From the NCBI RefSeq assembly GCF_024521635.1, contig NW_026250429.1, positions 186,001 to 250,000 of the forward strand: 64,000 nt of DNA, given 5' to 3'. Origin of the DNA: Tricharina praecox (taxonomy: Eukaryota). The stretch's first letter is position 1. The number at the start of each line of letters is the position of its first letter. Under the pieces are notes generated by a model. The model was given only the letters and a program-made list of their open reading frames with translations. It made no database searches and was not told the origin of the DNA. Below, one piece after another: positions 63,501 through 64,000 of this stretch. The translations under genes and the position numbers were made by a program.

Positions 63501-64000
63501 CCCTCGTGATGAAAAAGATAATGTTGGTTCCTCCTCCTCCTTTACTCCCCCTCCCTCCCTTCCTCCTTCTCCTCCTCCACATCCACACCCTCCTCATCCC
63601 TCATTCCTCATCCTTCCCTTCCTCTTGACTTCTCGATAACGGATTCTTCACGCCATGCCAAATCGGGGGCGTGCTGAAACCAATGCGCCCTCCTGAGTCC
63701 TCAACCTCAAGTTCAGAACACTCCGCCTCGAAAGCGGATGTCCGCGTGTCTACATATCATATCAGCGTACACCTGCCCTGAAAGTGATCTCCAGCGTGGA
63801 TTTGGGACGGTGCGATCGGAGTTTCCTTGCCACCGTAGGTACATACCTACACCGTCCACCGATCCACTCGGTTTTCCGCATCGTCAGCGACGACAGTGGC
63901 GGCCCGGTTCCACTCCGTCTGTCCCTGTCCCCCACTAAAAATGGTGGTCGTTCGCAGTCATGTATGTAGGTACATACACAGCATGGAAGGATAATGCCTG

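Noticed and set aside
1..64000. tRNA, rRNA, snRNA or TPP riboswitch
   Set aside because: No convincing signatures seen by eye; a covariance-model search would be needed to exclude small ncRNAs.

Overview
Eukaryotic DNA from a filamentous ascomycete: short GT-AG introns with CTAAC/CTGAC branch points, and long microsatellite-rich intergenic tracts. Nine protein-coding genes are supported: cystathionine beta-lyase (truncated at the window start), DASH subunit Dad1, an F-box/LRR protein, Tim21, ArfGAP Glo3, a conserved hypothetical protein, a Tda10-like P-loop kinase, a membrane-anchored SGNH/PC-esterase-like protein and a Zn2Cys6 transcription factor. Most entries in the supplied ORF track are spurious. 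Three structures stand out. (1) A ~2.2 kb mosaic at 22.0-24.2 kb, where three copies of an Egt1-type methyltransferase N-terminal fragment and one internal threonine deaminase (Ilv1) fragment are interleaved with a repeated ATG+intron module; this suggests gene-fragment capture or shuffling. (2) A diverged ~1.35 kb non-coding inverted repeat pair (25.3-26.6 kb and 48.2-49.6 kb) bracketing a 21.6 kb segment that holds a single gene. (3) Tandem amplification of the last 13 codons, stop included, of the SGNH-like gene. All protein identifications come from manual translation and motif recognition, not database searches.
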